64,000 nt of DNA from Balanoglossus misakiensis (taxonomy: Eukaryota > Animalia > Hemichordata): contig CM082596.2 of the NCBI GenBank assembly GCA_040954595.2, positions 3,214,925-3,278,924 of the forward strand, in the 5' to 3' direction. The position numbers and the translations under genes were made by a program. Below the pieces are notes generated by a model. The model was not told where the DNA came from and made no database searches. It saw only the letters and a list, made by a program, of their open reading frames with translations. Below are positions 22,611 to 33,960 of this stretch, one piece after another; position 1 is the stretch's first letter; every line of letters begins with the position of its first letter.

Positions 22611-23726
22611 CTTTGGGTCGGATCGAAGAGGAAGGGTGCAGTGAAATCGCGAGATCAAATGCGACTAAAACATTCAATGAGAAATAACATTTGCGCTTTT
22701 AGTCTTTGTCAATCGGACACCTGTAGGAGCCTAAACTCGTGTACGTGCTCTGAATCAACAAAGCATCTCTATTAGCCTATCGATTATTGCAGCGTTGTGG
22801 TCCATTCAAATTCGCGACGTCTTCTCAAACTATTCAAAATTCTTAACAATTGAACGAGTTCGTTTCTTTGCAGTTTCCCCACATTCATGGTGGTAACAGA
22901 AGGATTCTGTCTTGTAAATCTCTGTATTTCTCAAAAAAGCCCAACAATATCACAGACGGAAACGTACATTGAGAGTAGAGATACAGGTTTCAGTGATCAT
23001 TCTCTGACAGACCCTACCTCTTTGCTTGCACGTTTATAAAATGGTGTCCCTCCCGATCAAAGCGGGAATCGTTGTTTTCAAGCACAGTATCTTTGTACGC
23101 GAGTTTCTTACTGTTCATCAGCATGCCATCTGTACGTTTCAGGGAGCGACTGTAATGACTATTCCAGGAAAGAGACAGCGAGCAAACAATATGTATACGT
23201 AGCCATATCTACTTAAAAACCAAGGAGCGCATGCGTTTGAATATTGACAACTTTTAATTCTGCTGAGGCATAGTTATGTAATAGGTCTAAAAGACTAAAG
23301 GGCTCCAACACTGACAGATCTGAGAAAATGAAATATCACATATTCAGTTCCTGTTGTACTAAGGTCATTTTAGGAGAAGCGCTTCTGACTATGGTACCCC
23401 GTGACAGACGTAACATGTAAACTTTGCGTATTTAAAACGTCAGGCAACGTAAATAGACTGTGCACGGCCTAATACATGTATTAGAACTGTATACTGTTTG
23501 GTGTCTTAATCTTGGTAAATACTAGTTCATTTAATTCTCCGTGTAAATGTGCGCGTCTCAACTTTCCGTTGCCAGGACAAACACCACTCCACTGTAAGTT
23601 CATGTTCATTTCCGCTTGAATCCTGAATGAGTGAGAGAAAATACCAAAAGTTTATATAATTTTACTTTTGGTCACTACAGACAGGGTAAACTCGAGTTTT
23701 GATGACATGTTCATTGTTCTGTTTAA

Positions 23727-25805
23727 TTATTTTAAAAAGAGATAAATGCTTAACTTAAACAAAATTAATTTAACGCATTGTGTCTCGGACCCACCTCTGG
23801 CGGACGACGGCTGGAAGACGTACATTGCGTACAGGGTCATAAGGAAGTTGTCGTTCATGTACGCCTGTATATGGTCCTTGTGGAGTGAAATTTGTTCTTC
23901 AGAGAGACAGATATCCTGGTTCATTAGGTCTTCCATCTTTCCCCACGCCTTGGGGAAAGTTTTCTCAGTGTAACTCGTGGGCCGCGGTTGGATGAGCGGC
24001 AAAACCCTGGCGTTTGAACTCAAAGTGATGCCAAGTTTTTCTGTAGGAAAATGAAGATCATGAGATACTATAGATTTCTTGAAATTGTGCGCTAAGATGA
24101 CACAAATTTACTGAAATGAAGATTTCCGGGTTTTCAGTCGTGATAACTGGTGAGCCGGCTTTTGTGCTGTTCGTATAAAAGCTCTTGGAAAAACATGGCC
24201 ACCTATTTCACCCACAAAACTTCCGCCAACTTCTAGGCCAATAGACCAAAAATCGCCAATCTCATGTGTTTCACTCTCGTATACCAATCCAATCTTAGAA
24301 ACATGCCAACCCCCTACCCGTTTTCCCGGGTAAAAGTTTTTCCTCATAATTTGAGAAACGTGTAGTATGATAACAATTATAATGTCAGTCTTTTTGACAT
24401 CTGTCGAGCTAATCACTTTCGGTTATAAAATAACCAAAGTACACCCACCCAACTGCCGTGTCAAATGTATGCCTATCCTGTCCTCGTTATCGATCACCTT
24501 GGCAAAACAGTCCTCGCAGTGACAGAGGAGAATGACTCTGTCGAATTTTGGAAACCGGTTGAACCACAGCATCCGGGCTATTTTGACACAGTAAAGATTG
24601 AACATGTTGTCGACCCCGTAGCTTCTCAGCGTCTTGGCTTGGAGGGCGTCCTCCGCCGTATGCGACCCCGCCCCTTCGCAGAGTTGCAAGGTGGGGAACC
24701 CGTTGACGAAATACGTCTGGATGCTGGCGAGCTCGCTCTGTCTGCTGCTGTCTGCGGAAAATAAAGGCCTGGACACTTCCACGGTGAAGTGTCGATCCCA
24801 CTGGATTACCCGGTTCGCCAGGAACGGGTTGCAGTGGAGATCTTCCTTCGCGTCACCTCTCTGTCCGATAACTAGGACGTTTGAGTCTCGCCCTGTCCGC
24901 AGCGTTCCCCACGGACTCGGTATCAGCGGCAATTTCATAAGATAGTCCTCAATACAGTCTACCTGGTCCGAGTTGAATTCTTCAAATACGGAAAATATCC
25001 GACGATCCTTGGCCAGTTTCAAGGCCCACTTATCTCCGAATTTCCACTGTTTTAGCCAAATGTCGGCGATGACCTTGTCTTTCATATGTCTGGATTTTCG
25101 GTCACCGTATATTACGATCAGTATTGAACCTGAAATATTAAATTTGTGGGTTAAAGGTCGTGTAGAGAGCAGTGGGAGACAGAGAACATTTTTATTTTAA
25201 TTTTAATTTTAAGCAATCATCCTTCTATGACCACCAACTTAATATGCCCTGTCTTTGTCAGGCCCTTTGCACTTGCTTCGGGGAATGCAAAACAAGTTTT
25301 TCTGATTGCAGTAGGCAAATACGATAAATTACCAGAGCTCGATAGGTTTGGTATTTCCGTCATGGCGAGACAAGACGGAAGTAAAACGATGGATTTTCTT
25401 GTGGATGGGGCAAATGATTCGGCAGAAGTGTGACCAGACATTTTTTGTGTCTAATCTGCCTCTGGTTTGAATGACAGGGAGTATACCTTTTGGCTTGGTC
25501 GATGTCCGATGCAACATGTCTAGCTCCTGCCTGTGGTCGATACTTCTGTCACGTCTCTCGGGTCTCAGACAGACCCGGCTTTGCCTGGCGTCGATGACAA
25601 CGACCGCTGTGGACGTGGCGTACCTGGCCAGCGTTGTTGCGCGCTGTTTCTCGTCCGCGGCTCGGAAGCTATCTACCGTTGTCATGCCGTTCAAGTTCTC
25701 GTTTCCTTCGACCACCGCTTCCAGCAAAGCTTTCACGTTTTCTTCGGCGGCTTTCTGGAAGGATTTCAGTTTCGCAAACACGAAAATTCGGTGTCTTTCC
25801 GCCAT
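23727..25805 (-). CDS. A1: uncharacterised protein with a TIR-like N-terminal domain and a putative degenerate P-loop GTPase domain, ~437 aa, 3 exons
   Basis: Exons 25805-25487, 25129-24449 and 24040-23727 (GT-AG, both introns phase 1, frame preserved). It is a clear paralog of A2 with the same intron positions: VVVIDARQSRVCL, IDHRxELDML, TSTKPKG|SIL.VIYGD, LWFNRFPKFD, KLGI.LS.NARVLPL. The exact 3' end is uncertain, and the domain names are inferred. Confidence 0.8.
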
Positions 25806-26995
25806 TCTTTGAGTGTGTACGTCTCTTCTACCCTCTAGCGTAGACCCTGGGTTTCTACGTAGAACCCGGATCGTGTCACACACACACTCACTGTTCCAAG
25901 ACGAACTGAAACCGTTTGCTTATTTTAGTCTGGTAACTAGTTGGACATTGAATTCCTGTCAAAGTTTACAGCACAAGCATATACGCATAAACGCTTTCTC
26001 TTGAAGAGCACATTAAATCATATATCGCCTTCTGTGACTTGTGTCATTAGAAAAAATTAATCAGGTACGTGCTGCCTCCCGTAACCATAGACATGACAGA
26101 ATTAACATGCAGCTTTAGGCTGCCGGACAGATTCCAATAAATCATATGGAACAATAATTGATCATTGGTTGATAACCATAACAGTTGTTTTTGGTATAGG
26201 CGCAAACAACGCCTTCTTATCTGCCAAGCGAAATAACTGCAAGGCACTTGAAACGCCGTTCATTTCTGTGTAACCATGCATGTATGTACATTTTCTGTAA
26301 GGAGAATCAGCTTTCTGTCAACGACACGATAAGAACATTTTATCATATTAATCATATATTGACTCTTGCTGTAAATAATATTTTCGCAACCCGACCTTAT
26401 TGATTGACATATTTCTATAGTAAACGTTCATTACGCTATCTGAAGGAAAACTTTCTTTCCGAGTCTACGAACTGCCTGTATGTCCGCCTGTAAAATAGAA
26501 CCCCTATAGGGTGACATCTTCACCTCGGTTTACCGCATGAATAGGTTCAAGCCCCTGGGTCCATGCACACAATAAAGCAACCAGGTCAAAAAAGTAGTCG
26601 CTATACAGCTGACATATCTTTGCCCGTTAGAGAGAGCTATAGTTAATCGAAACATTAAAAACTTTGCTTTACAGTCAAGTAAAAAAGAAATACTTTGAAA
26701 ATACACCTCGCTGAAACACCCCATGTCAGAAACCTATATCGGACCTTCTAGGTTACTTTAAAGATATCATATTTTTGACGTCACGAGATATTTTGGGCCA
26801 AGATACCAGTGGCAAATACAATTCCCGAGCATTTGGACTATGGACGATTACTGATAGTTTAACAATCACTGGGTAAATGTTGGCTGGAGTGGAACTTTGG
26901 TCGCATTAAGTGGCCTGCTTCTCGCACAAAAGGACTGTGTTTAGCTAAATATAACGTATGGGTCAATTTTCCACTGCACCGCACCTTGATGATCG

Positions 26996-27005
26996 GGGGA
27001 TTTCC
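26996..27005 (+). promoter_or_regulatory. Candidate NF-kB (Rel) site in the A1/B1 divergent intergenic region
   Basis: GGGGATTTCC matches GGGRNWYYCC and lies 75 bp upstream of the first B1 ATG. This is a motif match only. Confidence 0.4.
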
Positions 27006-27079
27006 TTGTCTAATTCGAGGTGATTAGATCCTGTTCTATTCATGGTTAGACGCGGTTGCGGACTCGCGATATTTTAAAC

Positions 27080-29439
27080 ATGAGTCGTCACAGTGCTCCA
27101 GTGCTACCAGCGAAGATGAGCGAATCAGGGATATACGTGACGATGAGGGGGTTCCACGCAGCGGGTTCGGGACTGCCCATGTACGTGCGCTACGCCAGGG
27201 GCGACCCAGTTGCGATTCGCGTCGATTGCCACGAGGACGATACCATACACGACCTGGCCAAGAAGCTGATCCTCCGCTCGAAGGATTTCGGGCTGGACCT
27301 GGCCGGGATCAGGCTCAGGGAAGGCAACGTGGCCGTATACATACTCGGGAAAGACGGCGTCGTGCTCCCGGGGAGAGACAAGCTGTCGCCGAGGAAGCTT
27401 CTTAAAGAAGTACAAGAGTACGACTTGGAATTTGAAACAGGTGAGAATAGTGTTGTATCATCATTACACGGACAGACACTTTATAAACATTTTACAGCAA
27501 AGCATTTCTGTGTTCAACATTTCACATATACTGGCCACTGACAAAAATCTGAGGGGGAGGGGCAAACATGACAAAACAAGTACAGTATGTCCGTTTATTC
27601 TTGTGCAAACTTTTCTGATACATACATACTGGTATGAACTGTAATTATTTCCGTGTGTGCGCACTGAAACCTATGCATCTCTTGCTGTTTACAGATTTAT
27701 GCGATGTGGTCGTCACCCACGCCGAGACCAGCGCCGTCTTCCCGTGCATCAAGACAGAGACGTTCGGTGACCTGGCGCGGAAGATAGAGACCAGAATTGC
27801 GGCTTTCAACTTCCAGGAGACGTATTTGATTGAACTGAGGGGGCAGCTCAAGACGGGCAAGTTGAGAATTTCAGAATATTCCGCCGTTGGCCGCAAGAGT
27901 AAAGTGATCAGCCTGACAAGAAGGATCGGGGATGTGGGCGACAGGAAGTTTTCTTTCTTCGTAGAGCAACCGAAGAAAGCCATTACTTGTGGTAAGTTGG
28001 TCACCACCAGTTCGAATCAAAATGATCAGCCTGGATGCATTTGCGGGTGTCCAGAATGTAAAATAATGTCAACCCATTGAATTTCGGTCGGAAGATATTT
28101 ATAGTGTCTTTATATAACTTGACAAAGGAAATACAAATAACTGAAAAAAAAATCTAAGTGAGGGGGCGAGTTAGTCTTGTTTCAACCGGTCACATAAGCC
28201 TTTAACCCCCTCCCCCAATAAATGACACGTCATTTACCGAAATTGCATTCTTTATTGCAGCTGATATCAAGGAAAACCTGTGTGGGCAAAACGTAGTTTT
28301 CTTTGGTCCCCCTGGCAACGGTAAATCATCGACGATAAACACATTTGCCAAGGTAAGCTACTAAGTATTTCCGCATATGATCTCAGAATTCGTCACCTTC
28401 GGTCGGACTTTTTAGCGACGCGTGGGGGCGCGCAACAGCAGACTCAGGGAAAACGTGAATATGGTGTTGATATTGTATGGATCGTGTTGAAATACCATTA
28501 TATGTTTATAATTGACGCCTTTGTCATATAGAAATATTCATATGGGAGATACTACATACTGTATACTCTCGAGTCCATTAGCTGAAATTGGATAAATTCA
28601 ATGCCTGTCTTGGCAGACTTTCCAGAAGTTGACGATATGTGAATTCTTCGAAATGTCATGCCTCGTAATAATCCGATTTTTTGCCTTTCTGGCTTTGTTT
28701 TAGGCTTTAGGTGGAGTCTATCGCCCTCTGGCAAATACCTATCAATTACGCGGCCCTGGCACTAAAGTATTCAAACCGTACACATTCACAGTCGAGGAGA
28801 AATCGTTCTCTCTCTGCGACGTGCCCGGTGCGGCTTTCCAAACCAGTGACGATTATGACCCCACCAAATTCATCCAAAGGATTCTCGACGGCAAACTGCC
28901 CGCCGAAAAGCCCCTGGACTACAAGCACAAGTTCTACAAGCGCGGTTTTGGAAAAGCCCATTGCATCGTGTACATCCACAAATGGGACGCAGAGTTGGAC
29001 GAACTTCACAGGTTTTTAGTCGATGAGGCCGCTGTACGAGGTGAGATGTTTTAGGATAATTTGGGGCTGTGTGGTTTTTATGCAAAACGCAAATTGAAAT
29101 ACGAAGACTTTTATCTAAGGATGAAAATGATTTCATGCCTCATCGTCTTTTTCCATAGGAAGCGGTATTCCAGTGGTTGTCATAGTGACTCATATCGACC
29201 TCGCCCCAGACGACCCCGACCTTATCGCCGAGAAATGCGATCAGCTGGCCGAGATCATGGGTATTGACGTCGCAAATGTGTTCACCGTATCGAACTTTGA
29301 CCACGAGGCATCACACGAAGACCAACTGAGGGATGCGCATGCTCTGCAGTTGCTCCACAAGATCCTGGCGTCGGCGAAGTCTTTCTGTGACAGAGGAAAG
29401 GTCAAAGTGACCGCAAAGGTCAGAGCGGCCGATAAATGA
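27080..29439 (+). CDS. B1: IFI44-like P-loop GTPase with two N-terminal ubiquitin-like domains, ~455 aa, 5 exons
   Basis: Exons 27080 (or 27116)-27440, 27695-27991, 28261-28352, 28704-29040 and 29159-29439 (GT-AG; phases 1,1,0,1). Motifs: G1 GPPGNGKSS, G3 LCDVPG, AHCIVYI, G4-like VTHID. The C-terminal VSNFDHE...RDAHALQLLHKILASAKSF resembles the IFI44 tail VSNY..E...D..IL.AL..ML..A..F. Confidence 0.85.
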
Positions 29440-31029
29440 CCCGCGTGCTGTCACCGTAGCGACAGCTGAAACAGATAGAGACTGACACCATATAGAAAAA
29501 GGGGTGTTTTCTACCTGGATGTGCTTACAGGTACCCGAGAACGAGTCTTGACCACTACGCCCCCGGACTCGGTCAGTTCTCGGGTACCTCAGTATGGATG
29601 TGGTGATCACTTAGAACCCTTTTCCTAAATGTGTGGACATTGTACATTAACATTTTCATTCATTTACAACACACGCATGGCGATTTTTTATCTATTGCAA
29701 CAGGTTACACTAGGTCAGATACCACGTGATAAACTAGCAGAGCGAGATAATGATGGCCACGAGTACTTTGACAAATAGTTCACTTAACAAGCAAACACGT
29801 TTGATTGATGGACTGTTGCATGTTATGACCTATTGCATGGGTCGTTCAATTCCATCCAGTACGGGTACACCTCGCTTTAGACCAATCAGTACTCGTAATC
29901 CTGTATTTTTGTACATAGCAGCTTTTACCAAAGAAGATAGACAGTACGGTATTTAAGAAACATTGATTTGCGGTATCCTTTAATAAAATGAGTTTTGCAT
30001 CTGTCGTTTGTGTGGGGCTGACATGATTTGTACTGTTTGAACGGCCTGCAGGGACGTATATTTTCCTGCATGTTGTTACGTCTGCGTCGATAAGTGTAGC
30101 ACAGTCTCATATATCGTGTATCATATGCTGCTGCTGAGATATGTCCGTTATCATCATGTCCACGAGTTGCTTGGCAACTGGTCACGTGACAGTCGCAGTC
30201 TCCAGTCGAATCTCCCGGCGATGTCGTTTATTGACAAGATTCGATGAGTACATTGTCGGCTTCTCCCATAAAATTTATATTTCAACAGTAAAATGATAAC
30301 ATTTATGTTCAAAATACATGTACACGAATATGCATGCGTTAATGTCATGCGGCTGTTTTGCATTCCGGTACTTTGCGATGTAAAAACACCTGCAAAGCGA
30401 AACTGGGCAACAATATTGACATGCTTGATTAATTGGGTTAGTATGAAATAATTGAACCAAGCTTTTGTGCCATGGCCGGCCGTCTAATAAGAGAGAAACA
30501 AAAGACTATTGCTTTTGTTCAGTTTCACAAATTCCTAAATTACACAGAATAATCAGACGCCGAGTTTTAGGCTCAATAAGACACACATATCTGGTCTTGG
30601 TTAACTGAATTATTTATTCGCCTTTCGGTTCACTGGTTCCATCTCATGCCTTCTTGGAAGACGCACGTTCATTGCTGCTGCCGCGCATCTGACAAACCTA
30701 CGGTTGCCATGGACACATTTTCTTTGGAGTGATGCCAAAAGTGGTTAATACCAACACCGCACACGCTAAATTTTGTATTATTTAAATGACATACTGTATA
30801 GTAAAGTAAAGGGCAGCCACCATGCTATCCACAGTCGTGAAGGCACGCTGATATTTATATGCGCACTGTGGTCCATTTTTAGAGAGCGAAAATAGAACGA
30901 GTTCGCATTCTTTACGGTGGCTGCTGATCTAAATTTAAAACAGGGTCATTATCACACGCTGTAAAACAAAGAAAACATACAGAAAAGTCCACAATTATTG
31001 TCATGATGATAATATTCACAGAATGACCA

Positions 31030-31737
31030 TCATTTCCCGCTGAGGTACTGCTTTATCGCGGCCGCTCCGTTCCTACACACATCCATCGGGGGGTTCTCCA
31101 TCGGGTTGCCGTCCACCATGATCTTCTTCAGCTTGGGGAGTTTCGTTATGGCGCTCGGCAGCTCGGAGATGTTGTTGTCCTGCGCCCAGATCTCTTCCAG
31201 TTGCGGCATGCTGGCGATGCAGTCGGGAAGGGCCGTCAGCTGGTTGTCGTTCACGACCAAGACCTTGAGGCACCGCAGGCTGGCGAGGTTCTCCGGCAGC
31301 TCCGTGAGTTTGTTGTGGCGCATGTAAAGCTCCTCGATTTCGGAGCCGCTCAGCGCCTCCGGGAATTCCTCGAATTCGTTGCTGTCCAGCCAGAGCTCAC
31401 GGAGGTTCAGCAAACGGGAGATGTTCCGCGGCAGTGACCTCAGCCGGTTTCCCCGCAGGTCCAACACCCTCAGCTCGCGCAACTCACAGACGACTTCTGG
31501 TATCTCCTCCAGACCGTTCTCGCTGAACGTGAGGCTCTCCAGCCGCTTGAGATGCACGACATCATTCGGCACGTCCACAATGTTGTTTCCCTTTAAACTG
31601 AGGCCCATTAAATTCCTCTGTCCGTAGACTGCCTTCGGGATGACTGTGAGCCGCGAGTTGTCCAGGTCGACACACACGCCGAGGTCTCCCTGGTTGTTGA
31701 TGAACGGCTCAAAGAACAGCTTGTGTCCATCAGACAT
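31030..31737 (-). CDS. L2: intracellular LRR-only protein (9 repeats plus C-cap), 235 aa, single coding exon; paralog of the L1 LRR region
   Basis: ORF of LxxLxLxxNxLxxLP repeats ending in GNPMENPPMDVCRNGAAAIKQYL. There is an in-frame stop 11 codons upstream of the ATG, GC-rich codon usage, and no signal peptide or transmembrane segment. Confidence 0.9.
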   Translation of the reverse strand: MSDGHKLFFEPFINNQGDLGVCVDLDNSRLTVIPKAVYGQRNLMGLSLKGNNIVDVPNDVVHLKRLESLTFSENGLEEIPEVVCELRELRVLDLRGNRLRSLPRNISRLLNLRELWLDSNEFEEFPEALSGSEIEELYMRHNKLTELPENLASLRCLKVLVVNDNQLTALPDCIASMPQLEEIWAQDNNISELPSAITKLPKLKKIMVDGNPMENPPMDVCRNGAAAIKQYLSGK

Positions 31738-33380
31738 TTTGAGCTGATTTTCTCCTCCAAGCCCGTTTTATGATTGATAGAGCGCGTTGTTCTGGCTCTC
31801 TCCAGCACCTGTTGGTGACGATGTGCGCACAAAATAATAACGAGCCTCTTGCTTGAAGTTGAAACCAACCGATGTCCTGGATGCGATGATGTATTCCTGA
31901 CAAGTTGGGTCTTCTCGGAGATCCACGTTGCAAATGCTGTTCTCGCACGTCTTATCAGCGCTCAAATTATCGCGTCACCAAAATCAGCATAAAATTGTGT
32001 CCCGTACTCTAGAAGGTGTGGTCATGATATAAAAGTCATTATTTTGTGCTCCGACATCTCCACTCTTTAAAAAAAAACGCCTGATATATATCCCAACACG
32101 ATGTCACTTTCACTTGTCGGTTTCACGCGCAGTCTCACAAACGTCTAAATGCTGCACACAAATTCGGTTTCAACCCCAGCGCTTGAACTTTGCGACACAG
32201 ACAGATAATATCAGGCAGAGTCCGACACTGCTGACACATTTATGGGATTGATGATGTGTAACACGCGGAGGCCTCGCAAACTGACCCCAACCCGATCAGA
32301 GTTATGTTAATATGTCAGCCAACAAACGCTAAACCGTTAATTCAATGACCTCCTAATGGATGACCGAGCACGTATACGTGTTAATGGTCCAATGGAATTG
32401 TAGGAAATGAAATTTGTAAATGTGGTCCGTTCTGACAAAATTGACGGCTGTGATTCTAATATTTCGAGAAGTTCATGGTGCCATTTTAATCATTTCCCCA
32501 TCAAATCGAAAATAAACATACTCGATGTGAAAGGGACTCAAATGATACGGGCACGAACGTATTACATGTACACCTTCTATGAAACCGCGATTTTCCAATT
32601 ATTAAATGTTTGAAAACGACAGTGTAATCTCACTAATGAATATTTTAGTAAGTATTCGTGCATGTACTTATACCGGCCTCAGTATTACTCTATTACACTA
32701 CTTACTAGACCTGATGGTATCTCGACAGGTATGGTTACACGCTCCTGCGCGGGGAACATGCGCATTGTATGATGTCAGAAAGCCACAACATATTATGGAG
32801 TCGTTTACATGTTTCCATAGAAACGTACAGCAAATTAATGATGGAAGATGTAGGAGCAAAGTGAGTATTTCTTTTACGACACATTAATTTAGTTTTATGA
32901 CATGAGTAATCTCATTCGGAACCAAGTCGTTTTTCTGCGGATATTTTTAATTTTTATATCCCATGGCATGACGAAAAATTCTTACGAGATTCACGAGCTT
33001 TTCCGCTTAGTTTTTATATCAGTGCAGGACGTTATTATATATTAGCTGGAATATGTAGCCAAAACATCTGTACCACCAGAATGCGGAAACTTGTAAATTG
33101 TGGATAGTCGTCCATCGATGTGAATTGAATTGTGATTGCAGTCGTTTCGCATATACCTGTACAACATAAATAAGCTGTCAGTAATACATGTAACGGCCTC
33201 GTTGATCCATGTATGTTCATGATGTTATACCTGTATCTTGCAGTAATTAGTTATTCAATTATTCATGTGACGTAATAGTACTTACCTTCAATTGGTTGAT
33301 CTTAATTATATGCAAACCACCTGGAAGTTTCATTTGACCAATGAACACAAGCTAATCTGGCACTATGATGTAGTTGCTGA

Positions 33381-33414
33381 TATAAAAGGACATTGTGCAT
33401 AAAATTGGTCAGTT
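33381..33414 (+). promoter_or_regulatory. Candidate TATA + initiator core promoter for A2
   Basis: TATAAAAG at 33381 and TCAGTT at 33409-33414, with the A at +30 from the TATA box. A possible 5'UTR donor (ag|gttagt) follows at ~33475. Confidence 0.5.
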
Positions 33415-33693
33415 CACCTCTGTAGCCAGACCGGCCACACACGTTGGAACTGACATGTATTTGTTCCATTTCAGGTTAGTTTCCTTGTACCTTATTATCT
33501 GTTGCTTGAAGCTTTGTATTTTGGTGCATTCTACCGACTCATTTCAGCACAAGTAATTGGTGTCTTGAACTTGCGTCAATTTTCCAATTGTATTTCTGTA
33601 TTTTTCACTTGCATGAATTTTGGTGTATTCTGTTGGAGGTGAACTCCCATACATGTGTGTAATTTAGCAGTTCACCTCTGTAGCCAGACCGGC
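33410..33693. repeat. 26-bp exact direct repeat upstream of A2
   Basis: CAGTTCACCTCTGTAGCCAGACCGGC at 33410-33435 and 33668-33693. Confidence 0.85.
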
Positions 33694-33960
33694 ATAACAT
33701 ACTGTATATGGCAATAACCTCAATAATGTTAGAAGTGAATGATGACACCACGATATGCAGTCTATTCCCTTCAATGCAAGTCTGATCTTTCTTCAATGTT
33801 TGTCGCTGATGGCGCCTCATGTGCCTGTGTACGCAGGGGTTGCATAGGGCCGTTTGTTGATAGACATGTTAACGATGGCCAATCTTCGGTCATCTCGGGA
33901 CGATGACAATAGCGCCACCGTATAAACCACAGTTAACTTCTTACAAAGCCGGACTCCGAA

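Noticed and set aside
27080-31737. B1 and L2 as parts of one ROCO (LRR-Roc-COR) gene
   Set aside because: They lie on opposite strands, each has its own stop, no COR domain is visible, and the GTPase motifs fit IFI44 better.
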